Below are positions 17,213 through 26,055 of a stretch of 64,000 nucleotides of DNA, piece by piece (position 1 is the first letter of the stretch; the number at the start of each line of letters is the position of its first letter). The translations under genes and the position numbers were made by a program. Origin of the DNA: Bacillota bacterium (GTDB lineage Bacteria > Bacillota > DSM-16504 > Desulfitibacterales > Desulfitibacteraceae); assembly GCA_040756735.1 (NCBI GenBank), contig JBFLYC010000020.1, positions 114 to 64,113 on the forward strand, written 5' to 3'. The notes beneath the pieces are model-generated. The model made no database searches, was not told where the DNA came from, and saw nothing but the letters and a program-made list of their open reading frames with translations.

Positions 17213-18954
17213 TCAAACGAAGCATCATTGGGAAACTATGGTTTTCCCTTGTGCTGCTTATCATCATAATCTTGCTGTTTCTTAGTTTAGGCCTTTCTCG
17301 TCTTCTTGAAAACTTTTACTATTCACAAATATCTTCTGAATTGATGACTAGCGGGCAGCGCTTGGTTGAAGTAATTAATGCTAAAAATGAAACGGAAACT
17401 CTGGTTAGAGATCTTAACCTTCTGAGCCATTTCATTGATGCCCATATAGTTGTTGTGGATAGGCAGGGTTTTGTGGAGGCCTGTGATCCCATGATGGGAC
17501 TTCCCATAGGGTCCTTGTTTAAACCCGATGAATTGGAAAGGGTTTTTGCCGGCCAGACAGTCACAAAAAGGGGATATCATCACCACTTTAATGACCCGAT
17601 GCTTTCAGCAGCTGTACCAGCATTTAGTGATGGTGAAGTTAATAAAGTTGTCATGCTCTTTAGGCCAGTGGCGCCCATTACAGGTACAATTAATCATATG
17701 CAGCTGCTGATATTTTACGCAGCAGTTGCTGCTATAGTACTGGCAAGTGTATTTAGTTTTTTCTTGTCGAGGACTTTATCAAGACCTCTGGTTCAGATGA
17801 AAAATGTAGCTGCTGAAATGGCAAAAGGCAACTTTGAAAACAAAGTCTATGTTACCAGTACAGATGAAGTAGGACTCTTGGGCAACAGTCTTAACCACCT
17901 GTCTGAACAGCTTAAACTTAAAATAAGCGAGCTGTCTCATGAAAAGGACAAGCTTGCCAATGTCCTGGCAAGTATGTCAGATGGAGTAATTACCTTTGAT
18001 GCAGATGGTGAAATTGTATTAATTAACCCACCTGCACAAAAACTTCTTGAAAAAGACCCTGATGGTTTTGTCAATGATGAGTTTAGGCGGTTATTGCAAA
18101 ATGTAAAAGATACAAAAGCGCCTTATCAGGGCGACATTGAGTTTTCCGGAAAGGTTATTTCTGTGAGGTTATCACTGCTATTTTCTGATGGCCATGATGA
18201 GATCATTGGAGTTGTTGGCGTCCTGCAGGACGTTACCAAAGAGAGACATCTCGAGCAGATGCGCCGGGACTTTATAGCTAATGTATCTCATGAACTTAGA
18301 ACTCCCCTTAGTTTAATACAGGGTTATTCAGAAGCGCTCCTTGATGGTGTTGCTGCCAGTCAGGAAGAACGGGAGAAATATCTAAAAATTATTACCATGG
18401 AAAGCTTAAGATTAAAAAGAATGGTTAACGAATTTTTTGATTTGTCCCGGCTGCAAACAGGTCACTTCTCTTTAGTCAAGCAGCCTGTAAATATTCGCAA
18501 CCTATTAATTTCGCTAGTTGAAAAATACAAACCTAAAGTGGATAAGGCAAACCTGGAATTTCAATTTGAGATACCGGATGATCTCCATAAAGTCAATGGT
18601 GACTATGACAGGATCCAGCAGGTAATGATTAATCTGCTGGAAAATGCCCTAAACCACACTGAGAAGGGAAGTATTATTATTAAGGCCTTCCTCAAGGATA
18701 ACCATAAAGTATGCGTGGAAGTGGTTGATACCGGCCAGGGTATTCCAGGAGAGGAATTAGACATGGTCTGGGAGAGATTTTACAAAGCTGACAAATCGCG
18801 CAACCGCTCCAAAGGCGGTACAGGCCTAGGCTTAGCCATAGTTAAGAGCATTGTTGAGGCTCATGGAGGAGAAGTATGGGCACGCAGTACAGTAGGAGAG
18901 GGCAGTACCTTTGGCTTTTGCATCCCCGTTGTTTCAGGGGATGCAGTGAATTGA
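17209..18954 (+). CDS. sensor histidine kinase (2 TM, extracytoplasmic loop, HAMP, PAS, HisKA, HATPase_c)
   Basis: ATGA overlap with the RR gene. H-box SHELRTPLSLIQGYSEAL, N-box LLENALNHT, G-boxes DTGQGIP and GGTGLGLAIVKSIVEAHGG. Confidence 0.92.
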   Translation: MIKRSIIGKLWFSLVLLIIIILLFLSLGLSRLLENFYYSQISSELMTSGQRLVEVINAKNETETLVRDLNLLSHFIDAHIVVVDRQGFVEACDPMMGLPIGSLFKPDELERVFAGQTVTKRGYHHHFNDPMLSAAVPAFSDGEVNKVVMLFRPVAPITGTINHMQLLIFYAAVAAIVLASVFSFFLSRTLSRPLVQMKNVAAEMAKGNFENKVYVTSTDEVGLLGNSLNHLSEQLKLKISELSHEKDKLANVLASMSDGVITFDADGEIVLINPPAQKLLEKDPDGFVNDEFRRLLQNVKDTKAPYQGDIEFSGKVISVRLSLLFSDGHDEIIGVVGVLQDVTKERHLEQMRRDFIANVSHELRTPLSLIQGYSEALLDGVAASQEEREKYLKIITMESLRLKRMVNEFFDLSRLQTGHFSLVKQPVNIRNLLISLVEKYKPKVDKANLEFQFEIPDDLHKVNGDYDRIQQVMINLLENALNHTEKGSIIIKAFLKDNHKVCVEVVDTGQGIPGEELDMVWERFYKADKSRNRSKGGTGLGLAIVKSIVEAHGGEVWARSTVGEGSTFGFCIPVVSGDAVN

Positions 18955-19011
18955 CGCTGCATCAGGCTGGATGAAAGAAACTATTTCAAGAAAACACCAC
19001 AAAACACCATG

Positions 19012-19039
19012 GGCTGCTTATTTTGCTTGATGAGCAGCC
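19012..19039. terminator. hairpin between the convergent HK and cooS genes
   Basis: GGCTGCT (19012-19018) and AGCAGCC (19033-19039), with T-rich sequence on both sides. Confidence 0.4.
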
Positions 19040-19097
19040 AATAGTGTTTCTTTTTTCGTCCTGGCGTTCTTCCACCTCTTATATCCAGTTCCCACCT

Positions 19098-21008
19098 CTA
19101 ATTGATTCCTAACTTGGCACGTTTTTTGTTAATATGTTCTTCGATACCGTTGGCGGCTTCCACTGGATCGTCCCCAACCGCTACCTTGCCGCCGGTTAAG
19201 CCCTCGATATCCTGGGTCAAAAGCTTGGTAAGCTCCGGACCGCCGGCGACAGGCGGGACAGGCGATAAATGAGTGTAAAGGCCATAGGCCAGGGCAAAAA
19301 GTGCATCAATGGTAGCTTTTTGCTCAAGCCATTCAGGAGCGCTGACAGCTACAGGCAGGTCTGCTGTGTCAACACCTAAAGCATCGGCTACAGCAGTCAC
19401 CAGCATGGAGATTCTGCCGGTGTCCGTGCAGGTTCCAAAGCTTAATACAGGAGGAATTCCCAGGCTGCCGCAGATTTCTTTCAGTCCCGGACCGGCATAC
19501 TGCAAGGCGTCTTTATTGGCCATGCCTGCTACTTCTAGGCCATGGTTCCCGCAGCCACCTGCAACTATTAAGATATCTCTTTTAACCAACTCTTTAGCCA
19601 AGTTAACAGTGGTCCAATCTTGAGGTCCGTTTTTTAAAGTGGTGCAGTTTACTATAGCTACCACACCTTTGATTTTACCTGCTTTAATCACGTCCAGGAA
19701 CGGGTCTAGGTTACCGCCAAGGGCACCAAGTATAGCTTCAGTTGAGAAACCGGCTATGGCTTTGGTGGTTTTTTGAGGTACATATGGTTTTACATGCTGC
19801 CTTCTTATTGGATAGTTCGCTATTGCCCATTCCAAGAGCTTATGTGCAATGGATACTGCTTCAGGTGGTTTGTAATCGAGGTTCTTTTCAACTTTAGGGA
19901 TTCTTACAAGGTCGTTTATTGAAACCAGGGTAACCTTATATTTTTCTCCGTAAGGATGAAGATTTGGTGGGGAGCAGTTTTCATCCATGGCAAATACATC
20001 CACAGTTCCAGTTGCCAGCAAGGGCTCAATGGAAAGCCAGTTTCCTGTGTGACCTACAAAGACGTCATCCATGGGGAAACGCTGCAGTATTTCCTGCCCT
20101 GTTTCTATAGAGCCAATGATTCTTATTCCTTTAGCTCCGGCTTGTTTGGCCTTTTCCTGCCACTGGTATTTTTTAGCTTCGTATAACGTGGCGATGCCTA
20201 CCCAGGGTTCATGGCCGTTAAAGACTATATTAACATAGTCAGGGTCCATAATGCCCAAATCCATATTTACCTCGTGGGGGGTAGGCGTTCCAAAAAGAAT
20301 ATCCTGCACCATTTCCAAGGGTAATTGGGCCCCGTAAATACAGGCAATTCCTAAACGTAAAGCCTTGCGGGCCAGAGATATGTAGTCCCCGTCCACATTA
20401 GTCAAGCAGCTGGCAGTTGCGTCTTTAATTTCATGGAGTACCCCTGCCGGGTAGATAGCCAGATCCTGCCAGATTTTTTGCCTCTTTTTGGGTGCAAAGA
20501 TTTGGATTAGCTTGCTGGGCTCTTGATAATCCTTGGAAAGCTCGGCTATGAAATAATCAGCAAGTCTTTCAGCCACCTGTTCTTGGGAACCCGATGCGTC
20601 AATATTTAGTTTACCTGCCATGTCATAGAGTTTATTCTTATCAGTGATTCCATAAGGCGTTTTGCCTTGAGCCGTAGCTTTTAAGGTGCTGAAAGCCATG
20701 AAAGCATGGTGTGAATAAGTGGCTGTTCCCATCACATTTCTTAGGAGCATATCGCGCATGGCCATGGCATCCGGACTGATGCCGCACACACCCAGTTCAG
20801 CTCCGCTCTTGTGGGAAATCCTGCAAGGCCCGTTGCTGCACAGCTGGCAGCTTACTCCCTCGGTACAGAAGTTACAGCGAATTTTATCCTGGGGATCCAT
20901 TCTATCAAAAGCTGTGCTCATCCCGTCAGGTTTTAGTCTTTTTTCATACATTTCCTGGACCGAATCATGATAGCTGACCCGGCCGTCTATACGGTAATCC
21001 TTTGCCAT
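19098..21008 (-). CDS. cooS: anaerobic Ni,Fe carbon-monoxide dehydrogenase catalytic subunit
   Basis: 636 aa. N-terminal cluster region CNFCTEGVSCQLCSNGPCRI...GVCGI. Further CODH-type motifs FNGHEPW, AMDENCS, VNCTT, GGCGNHG, FGTCTDTGR. No cooF/cooC or acs genes adjacent. Confidence 0.9.
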   Translation of the reverse strand: MAKDYRIDGRVSYHDSVQEMYEKRLKPDGMSTAFDRMDPQDKIRCNFCTEGVSCQLCSNGPCRISHKSGAELGVCGISPDAMAMRDMLLRNVMGTATYSHHAFMAFSTLKATAQGKTPYGITDKNKLYDMAGKLNIDASGSQEQVAERLADYFIAELSKDYQEPSKLIQIFAPKKRQKIWQDLAIYPAGVLHEIKDATASCLTNVDGDYISLARKALRLGIACIYGAQLPLEMVQDILFGTPTPHEVNMDLGIMDPDYVNIVFNGHEPWVGIATLYEAKKYQWQEKAKQAGAKGIRIIGSIETGQEILQRFPMDDVFVGHTGNWLSIEPLLATGTVDVFAMDENCSPPNLHPYGEKYKVTLVSINDLVRIPKVEKNLDYKPPEAVSIAHKLLEWAIANYPIRRQHVKPYVPQKTTKAIAGFSTEAILGALGGNLDPFLDVIKAGKIKGVVAIVNCTTLKNGPQDWTTVNLAKELVKRDILIVAGGCGNHGLEVAGMANKDALQYAGPGLKEICGSLGIPPVLSFGTCTDTGRISMLVTAVADALGVDTADLPVAVSAPEWLEQKATIDALFALAYGLYTHLSPVPPVAGGPELTKLLTQDIEGLTGGKVAVGDDPVEAANGIEEHINKKRAKLGIN

Positions 21009-21043
21009 CTCTTATTCCTCCAAGAAGATATTATTTTCCTGAT

Positions 21044-21194
21044 TAGTACTACAGCGAAATTTAGCTATTAGCGGAGCCATCGGGACGGTTCGAGCGTCAC
21101 CGTAGCGCAGCGAAGGTCTGAAGGGAAGACGATGGAACCGTCCCCCATGGCTTAGCGATGTAACGAAACGAGTAACCTATCGCTGTAGTATTAG
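21044..21194. repeat. ~150-bp imperfect palindromic element in the cooS 5' leader (GGGACGGTTC core)
   Basis: Outer arms TAGTACTACAGCGA (21044-21057) and TCGCTGTAGTATTA (21180-21193). Inner arms GCCATCGGGACGGTTC (21076-21091) and GAACCGTCCCCCATGGC (21135-21151). Ends 36 nt upstream of the cooS ATG. Confidence 0.7.
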
Positions 21195-21283
21195 TATTGG
21201 TCAAATCAGCCTAAAACATAAACACTTTGTTAATTTATTTATTGTTAAAGTGACAATTATCATAGAAATAGGCGATGGTAAAA

Positions 21284-21291
21284 TGTAGAAT
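21284..21291 (+). promoter_or_regulatory. extended -10 element (TGTAGAAT) for the ygbA-like gene
   Basis: TGnTAGAAT-type extended -10, 29 nt upstream of ATG 21320. The -35 is poor. Confidence 0.3.
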
Positions 21292-21319
21292 GGTATATGG
21301 TGAAAAGGAGGTTTGAGAA

Positions 21320-21652
21320 ATGCAACATGAACAGCATGCAATAGTTGATAAAGATATCAAAATTTTAGTGGATTTCATTAGGGTGTTTTGTAAAGAAAAC
21401 CATAGCCAAGAGCCAAAGGAGATTTTGGAGGGGACCAATGTAAAACTGTGTAATGATTGCATGGAACTAGCTTTGTATGCCATAAAAAAAAGACAGCAAT
21501 GCAGAAAAGATCCAAAACCTGCCTGCAAAAAATGTGATACCCCGTGTTATGCCCCTAAATATAAGGCGAAGATTAGGGAAGTTATGAAATTTTCCGGTAA
21601 ATATTTTGTTTTAAGAGGCAGGCTGGATTATTTATATCATTATTTTAGTTAA
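21320..21652 (+). CDS. nitrous-oxide-stimulated-promoter (YgbA-like) family Cys-rich protein
   Basis: RBS AAAGGAGG. Family-typical pattern FIRVFCKENH...LCNDCMELALYAIKKRQQC...PKPACKKCDTPCYAPKYKAKIREVMKFSG. Confidence 0.75.
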   Translation: MQHEQHAIVDKDIKILVDFIRVFCKENHSQEPKEILEGTNVKLCNDCMELALYAIKKRQQCRKDPKPACKKCDTPCYAPKYKAKIREVMKFSGKYFVLRGRLDYLYHYFS

Positions 21653-21872
21653 GAGCTCAGAAAAAGCTTCAGGGATAGTGCAATATTTCCATCATGTTTA
21701 ATATCAATAACCCAGAATAGCAGTATTACCCATACTAATGATAATAAAAGATCTACCCAAGAGGGAGGTCTTTTTTGTTTTAAAAAATTCCAAATTATAT
21801 ATTTTTTAGGAAGGATTAATGCAATTTTTGAAGAATAAAAACATTAAATATTTGAGCAAACATTACAACTCA

Positions 21873-21886
21873 TGAACAAATGTTCA
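21873..21886. promoter_or_regulatory. TGAACA-N2-TGTTCA operator-like box (copy 1)
   Basis: TGAACAAATGTTCA. The 16-mer ATGAACAAATGTTCAA (21872-21887) is identical to 25844-25859. It ends 84 nt upstream of the 5'-nucleotidase ATG. Confidence 0.55.
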
Positions 21887-21970
21887 AAAACTTATAGCAA
21901 CCTTAACTTTTCTATAACCTAAAATTTACCAAGACAGTTTAGTATTAAAAATGAGATTGGAGGGTATCTA

Positions 21971-23788
21971 ATGAAAACAGTTAAAAAACTAGGATGTCTG
22001 CTCATGGTGATAGCGCTAATTATTGGTATTTTTGTGCCAATAAGCGGTTTCGCTGCCACCGAAACTACTACTATTGTTAATAATATAACAATGGTAAAAG
22101 AGAATTCGACAGAAGCAACTCAGTTGAATCAAGTTGATATTGTCACATTTAATGACTTCCATGGCAGCTTGGCAGAAGATCCCAGAGAAGGTAGAAATGC
22201 TGGTATGGCTAAGCTTGTAACTGCAGCTAGAGAAGCTTATGCAGCAAACCCTAATACCATAATTGTAGCTGGCGGAGATAACTACCAGGGTAGTGCATTA
22301 TCAAACTTGACCTATGGTGCACCTGTTTCAGCAATGATGAAGGCTATGGGAGTAACTGCTTCAGCTGTTGGAAACCATGAATTTGATTGGGGAGTTCACT
22401 TGATCGAACAGTGGGCTAGGGATGGTGGCTTTGAGTTCTTAGCTGCCAATATATATGACAAAGCCACTGGTGAACCGGTAACCTGGGCTAAACCTTATCT
22501 AATTATTGAAAAGGGTGGTATCAAGGTTGCTTTTATTGGGCTTGCCCATCCTGATACTGCTGTTTTGACAAAGAGGGAGTACGTTGAAGGAGTAGAGTTT
22601 ACTGATCCTGTTGAAGAAACAATAAAATGGGTTGAATATCTAAAAGATGGAAATGCACAAGCAGGAATACCCGATGTTATTATTGCTTTAACTCATATAG
22701 ATTCAGATCAGAACAGGGATACTAAAGAGATTACCGGTAATGTTGTTAAGCTGGCAAATAATGTTCCCGGATTAGATGCCATTGTATCCGGACATAGTCA
22801 TAGAAGTGTTGCCGGAACTGTAAATGGTGTAGCAATTGTGCAGGCAGGTGCCTATGGAAGAATGTTTGGCAAATTATCAATTATGTTAAATGAAGAAGGT
22901 AAAGTAATAGAAATTATACCTTCTCTTGATGATATATCCATGAGAAAAAGTGATATGATACCCAATCCAGAGGCTGCAGAACAATTTGAAACATTTAATG
23001 AAGAACTAAAGCCCATTCTCGAGGAACAACTGGGTACAGCAACTGCAGATTTTACCCATGACAGAACTCAGCCAAATGTATCATTGTTAGGCAAATGGGC
23101 TGCAGAAGTAATGAAAAAGAAAACAGGCGTCCAAGTGGCTATTCAAAATGGTGGCGGTTTAAGACGCACAATGGCTGAAGGCAAGATCACCATGGGTGAC
23201 TTATATGAGATAATGCCCTTTGATAATGGTCTGGTGACAATGGAACTCTCAGGTGCAGACCTTAAAAAAGCAATTGACCACGGTATCATGAATCCAAATG
23301 TTACAGATGGTCAATTTGCAGGGCTTATAGTTGTATTCGATGCAGAAGCGGAATTTGGCAATCGAATTGTTTCAATAACATTGGAAGACGGCACACCATT
23401 AGTAATGGATCAATACTATACGGTAGTTGTACCAGACTTTATTTTCACTGGTGGAGACAACTATGACTTCACGAATGCTAAAAATGTTGTAGAAACATAT
23501 ATTCCTGTAAGGGATATGTTGGTGGAAGCAGTAAAGGAAGCAAAAATATTAACTCCGGAACCGGTAACATACATAATTGAGAAATCTCAAGTTGCTGAAG
23601 TTGTTCAAGCGGTTATTGAAGAAGTTAAAGAGCCAGAAGTAATCATTTATGTAGTAAAAAGTGGTGATGTTCTTTCAAGAATTGCCAAAATGTTTAATAC
23701 CACTTATCAAAAACTGGCAGAATACAATGGAATTAAGAATCCACACTTGATTTTCCCAGGACAAAAAATTGAAATTCCTGTCCATTAA
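21971..23788 (+). CDS. secreted 5'-nucleotidase/metallophosphoesterase with C-terminal LysM cell-wall anchor
   Basis: Signal peptide MKTVKKLGCLLMVIALIIGIFVPISGFA. Metallophosphatase motifs VTFNDFHG, GGDNYQGS, GNHEFDWG, SGHSH. 5'-nucleotidase C-domain (IQNGGGLR, FTGGDNYDF). LysM YVVKSGDVLSRIAKMFNTTYQKLAEYNGIKNPHLIFPGQKIEIP. Confidence 0.9.
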   Translation: MKTVKKLGCLLMVIALIIGIFVPISGFAATETTTIVNNITMVKENSTEATQLNQVDIVTFNDFHGSLAEDPREGRNAGMAKLVTAAREAYAANPNTIIVAGGDNYQGSALSNLTYGAPVSAMMKAMGVTASAVGNHEFDWGVHLIEQWARDGGFEFLAANIYDKATGEPVTWAKPYLIIEKGGIKVAFIGLAHPDTAVLTKREYVEGVEFTDPVEETIKWVEYLKDGNAQAGIPDVIIALTHIDSDQNRDTKEITGNVVKLANNVPGLDAIVSGHSHRSVAGTVNGVAIVQAGAYGRMFGKLSIMLNEEGKVIEIIPSLDDISMRKSDMIPNPEAAEQFETFNEELKPILEEQLGTATADFTHDRTQPNVSLLGKWAAEVMKKKTGVQVAIQNGGGLRRTMAEGKITMGDLYEIMPFDNGLVTMELSGADLKKAIDHGIMNPNVTDGQFAGLIVVFDAEAEFGNRIVSITLEDGTPLVMDQYYTVVVPDFIFTGGDNYDFTNAKNVVETYIPVRDMLVEAVKEAKILTPEPVTYIIEKSQVAEVVQAVIEEVKEPEVIIYVVKSGDVLSRIAKMFNTTYQKLAEYNGIKNPHLIFPGQKIEIPVH

Positions 23789-23806
23789 AGAAACTGATAT
23801 ATATTT

Positions 23807-23844
23807 GCTAAAACGCTTTGTTCCTTGGAACAAAGCGTTTTAGC
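23807..23844 (+). terminator. terminator hairpin after the 5'-nucleotidase gene
   Basis: Perfect 18-bp arms GCTAAAACGCTTTGTTCC (23807-23824) and GGAACAAAGCGTTTTAGC (23827-23844). Confidence 0.6.
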
Positions 23845-23884
23845 TAGTCCATATTAATAATATACAGAAAATGAGGCGTGTCAG

Positions 23885-24342
23885 GTGAAACTCAATAAAT
23901 TGTTAATATCTGTAGTTCTAATTTCAATATTAATAAATAGTCTGTTTGCCTACCAGGCATATGGAGGAGACAAGACCTATAAAGAAGAGTTAACAGAATA
24001 CTATGAAAAGAAGATGGAAAAGCCTTTCTTTTTACTTATAGCTTTAGGCGGCTTAAAGGGAGCAAAAACAATCATCACCTTAGGCATTACTGGAATGATA
24101 ATCATTTTTGTATATATTCCCTATTAGGTGCCATCGGAGGAGTTTTTGTTGCAGGATTAATTGCTGGAGGGGCGATACATCTGATGCTTTTGTTTACAGC
24201 CTTTAAAATGACACCCAGAGAGATAGTTAATTTAGATTTGATAGCATCTGAAATAATTAGGGCTATGGCCGGAAGTATAGGCCTAATAAGCGCGATTCCG
24301 TTAACTGCATTTATTGGGGCCACCATGGGCAAAAAAAGGTAA
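23885..24342 (+). pseudogene. YibE/F-family membrane protein remnant (internal deletion plus frameshift)
   Basis: The first frame (23885-24127) matches the N-terminal TM region of the intact paralogue at 33602 (FFLLIALGGLKGAKTIITLGITGMIIIFVYIP vs GRIKGLKSIFSLIFTGIMIIFFLIPW). After the stop, another frame reads GAIGGVFVAGLIAGGAIHLM...IASEIIRAMAGSIGLISAIPLTAFIGATMGKKR*, the YibE/F C-terminal signature. Confidence 0.7.
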
Positions 24343-24537
24343 TTTTTGGCCCGGGAGATGTTCTGCTATTTCATAATAGCGGCAACCTGGTCCACTCTTC
24401 CGGTGGCAGTCGCCTTAACACGGTGGCGGCACTACCCAAAAATCACTGTATTGCAATAACCTCTTTGAGGGAGGCTGTTGTTATTTAGCCATGAACATTT
24501 ATAATTATAGGTATTATAAAATTAAAGGAGCTATTTA

Positions 24538-25338
24538 ATGAATGACATATTAATTGCAGTGATATTAGGCATAGTAGAAGGCTTAACTGAATTTATACCG
24601 GTTTCATCAACTGGTCACTTGATTATTGTAAGTAAGTTTGTAGAATTTGAAGGTCAATTTGCTACTACATTCAATGTTGTCATTCAAGTAGGAGCCATAC
24701 TCTCTGTAATAATTTATTTTCGGCGCAAACTCATTCCCTTTGGCAGGAACAAAACTATCTCGGAAAAGGCTTTGACATGGACCATTTGGAAAAAGACTAT
24801 TGTTGGTGTTCTTCCGGCGTTGTTTTTGGGCGCTTTATTTGGAAGCAAGATTGAGGAACTGCTGTTTAATCCTTTTACGGTATCCATTGCATTAGTTATC
24901 GGCGGAATATTTTTAATAATAATTGAAAAACAAAATAAATCAAATATCATTTCTTCCATTGAGAAATTGGATTATAAGACCGCATTTTTAATTGGAATTG
25001 TACAGTGTCTGGCCATGATACCAGGCACATCCAGATCGGCAGCTACTATAATAGGCGCAATGATTTTTGGATGCTCCCGTGTAGTAGCAGCAGAATTTTC
25101 CTTTTTCCTGGCTATCCCAACAATGATTGCCGCCTCTTCATATTCTTTGTTGAAATCAGGGTTTAGCTTAAATCTTATGCAAATCCAGACATTGTCTGTT
25201 GGATTTATAGTCTCGTTTATTGTAGCTCTATTAGTTATAGCAGGATTCATGAAGTATATTTCTCGAAACAGTTTCAAACCTTTTGGATATTACAGGATAT
25301 TGTTAGGACTGTTAGTAATTATATATTTTGCATTTTAG
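24538..25338 (+). CDS. uppP: undecaprenyl-diphosphate phosphatase
   Basis: 266-aa polytopic ORF. BacA/UppP motifs EGLTEFIPVSSTGHL and PGTSRSAATI. Confidence 0.93.
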   Translation: MNDILIAVILGIVEGLTEFIPVSSTGHLIIVSKFVEFEGQFATTFNVVIQVGAILSVIIYFRRKLIPFGRNKTISEKALTWTIWKKTIVGVLPALFLGALFGSKIEELLFNPFTVSIALVIGGIFLIIIEKQNKSNIISSIEKLDYKTAFLIGIVQCLAMIPGTSRSAATIIGAMIFGCSRVVAAEFSFFLAIPTMIAASSYSLLKSGFSLNLMQIQTLSVGFIVSFIVALLVIAGFMKYISRNSFKPFGYYRILLGLLVIIYFAF

Positions 25339-25424
25339 AATGTCATTAATGCCCTTCACAAATAAACTCTGCATCCTCCATTGTGTATTCTATTCCATGG
25401 GGGATTTTTATTTAAGGATAATAG

Positions 25425-25465
25425 CCCTTTGCACCTCATAGGACATGCAAAGGGTTTTGATTTTC
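25425..25465 (+). terminator. rho-independent terminator after uppP
   Basis: CCCTTTGCA (25425-25433) and TGCAAAGGG (25446-25454), followed by TTTTGATTTT. Confidence 0.75.
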
Positions 25466-25844
25466 TTAAAATACTCAGGGCAATATTTTTTGCATACATG
25501 GCGCTGGCAACTTTTATGAGGTTTATGATTTGTTATCTCATCCAAAAGGTAGCAGCCATCAGCAATAGCAGCCTGGAAATTGAACATTACAAAAATTAAT
25601 ATTGGTTTAATATGCCTTTTACCCTATATTTACTTTTTTATAACATGATATAGACAAAAAATTAACAGGGAGGACATATTAGGCATTGACGTAGCATGGG
25701 AGTGGCACACCTGTGAAAATAAGATGGCCGAAAGAATGAGTGTCTAGCTCCTGATGAGGGGTAAAATTTTAAAATTTTATGTTTTCCAAGCAGGATAAAT
25801 CCAAATTTTGTAGAATTAATATTGCGAACAAAAGTTATATACAA

Positions 25845-25858
25845 TGAACAAATGTTCA
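25845..25858. promoter_or_regulatory. TGAACA-N2-TGTTCA operator-like box (copy 2)
   Basis: TGAACAAATGTTCA within the identical 16-mer ATGAACAAATGTTCAA (25844-25859). A GAACAAA half-site lies ~20 nt upstream (25825-25831). It is ~200 nt upstream of the giant gene. Confidence 0.55.
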
Positions 25859-26055
25859 ATAAATGCATTTGCAGCGTTACAAAATAGATGATAGCAAGCT
25901 AAACCTTCAGTCAAGTGTGTTGCTTTATTAACGGTAAACAAAAATTTAATTTTAAAGAGAGGTGAAGAGAGTACACGTTTAATAACCGGGTGTAGTTAAA
26001 AAGGTTAAGTTAGATTGTTATTATTCTAACTAAAGGAAAAAAGGGAGGAAAGATT

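Noticed and set aside
24343-24537. A GC-richer, hairpin-rich stretch upstream of uppP (GCTATTtcatAATAGC; CCACtcttccgGTGG; repeated GGTGGC), examined as a possible riboswitch.
   Set aside because: I could not match it to any riboswitch consensus I know (guanidine, ZTP, c-di-GMP, T-box and others). It may equally be debris of the neighbouring decayed gene. A covariance-model (Rfam) scan is needed.
25381-25599. A 72-aa plus-strand ORF, and a 59-aa Cys-rich minus-strand ORF (25408-25587, MFNFQAAIADGCYLLDEITNHKPHKSCQRHVCKKYCPEYF..).
   Set aside because: Both run across the uppP terminator hairpin and lack an RBS. The Cys pattern only loosely recalls the YgbA-like family. Evidence is insufficient.
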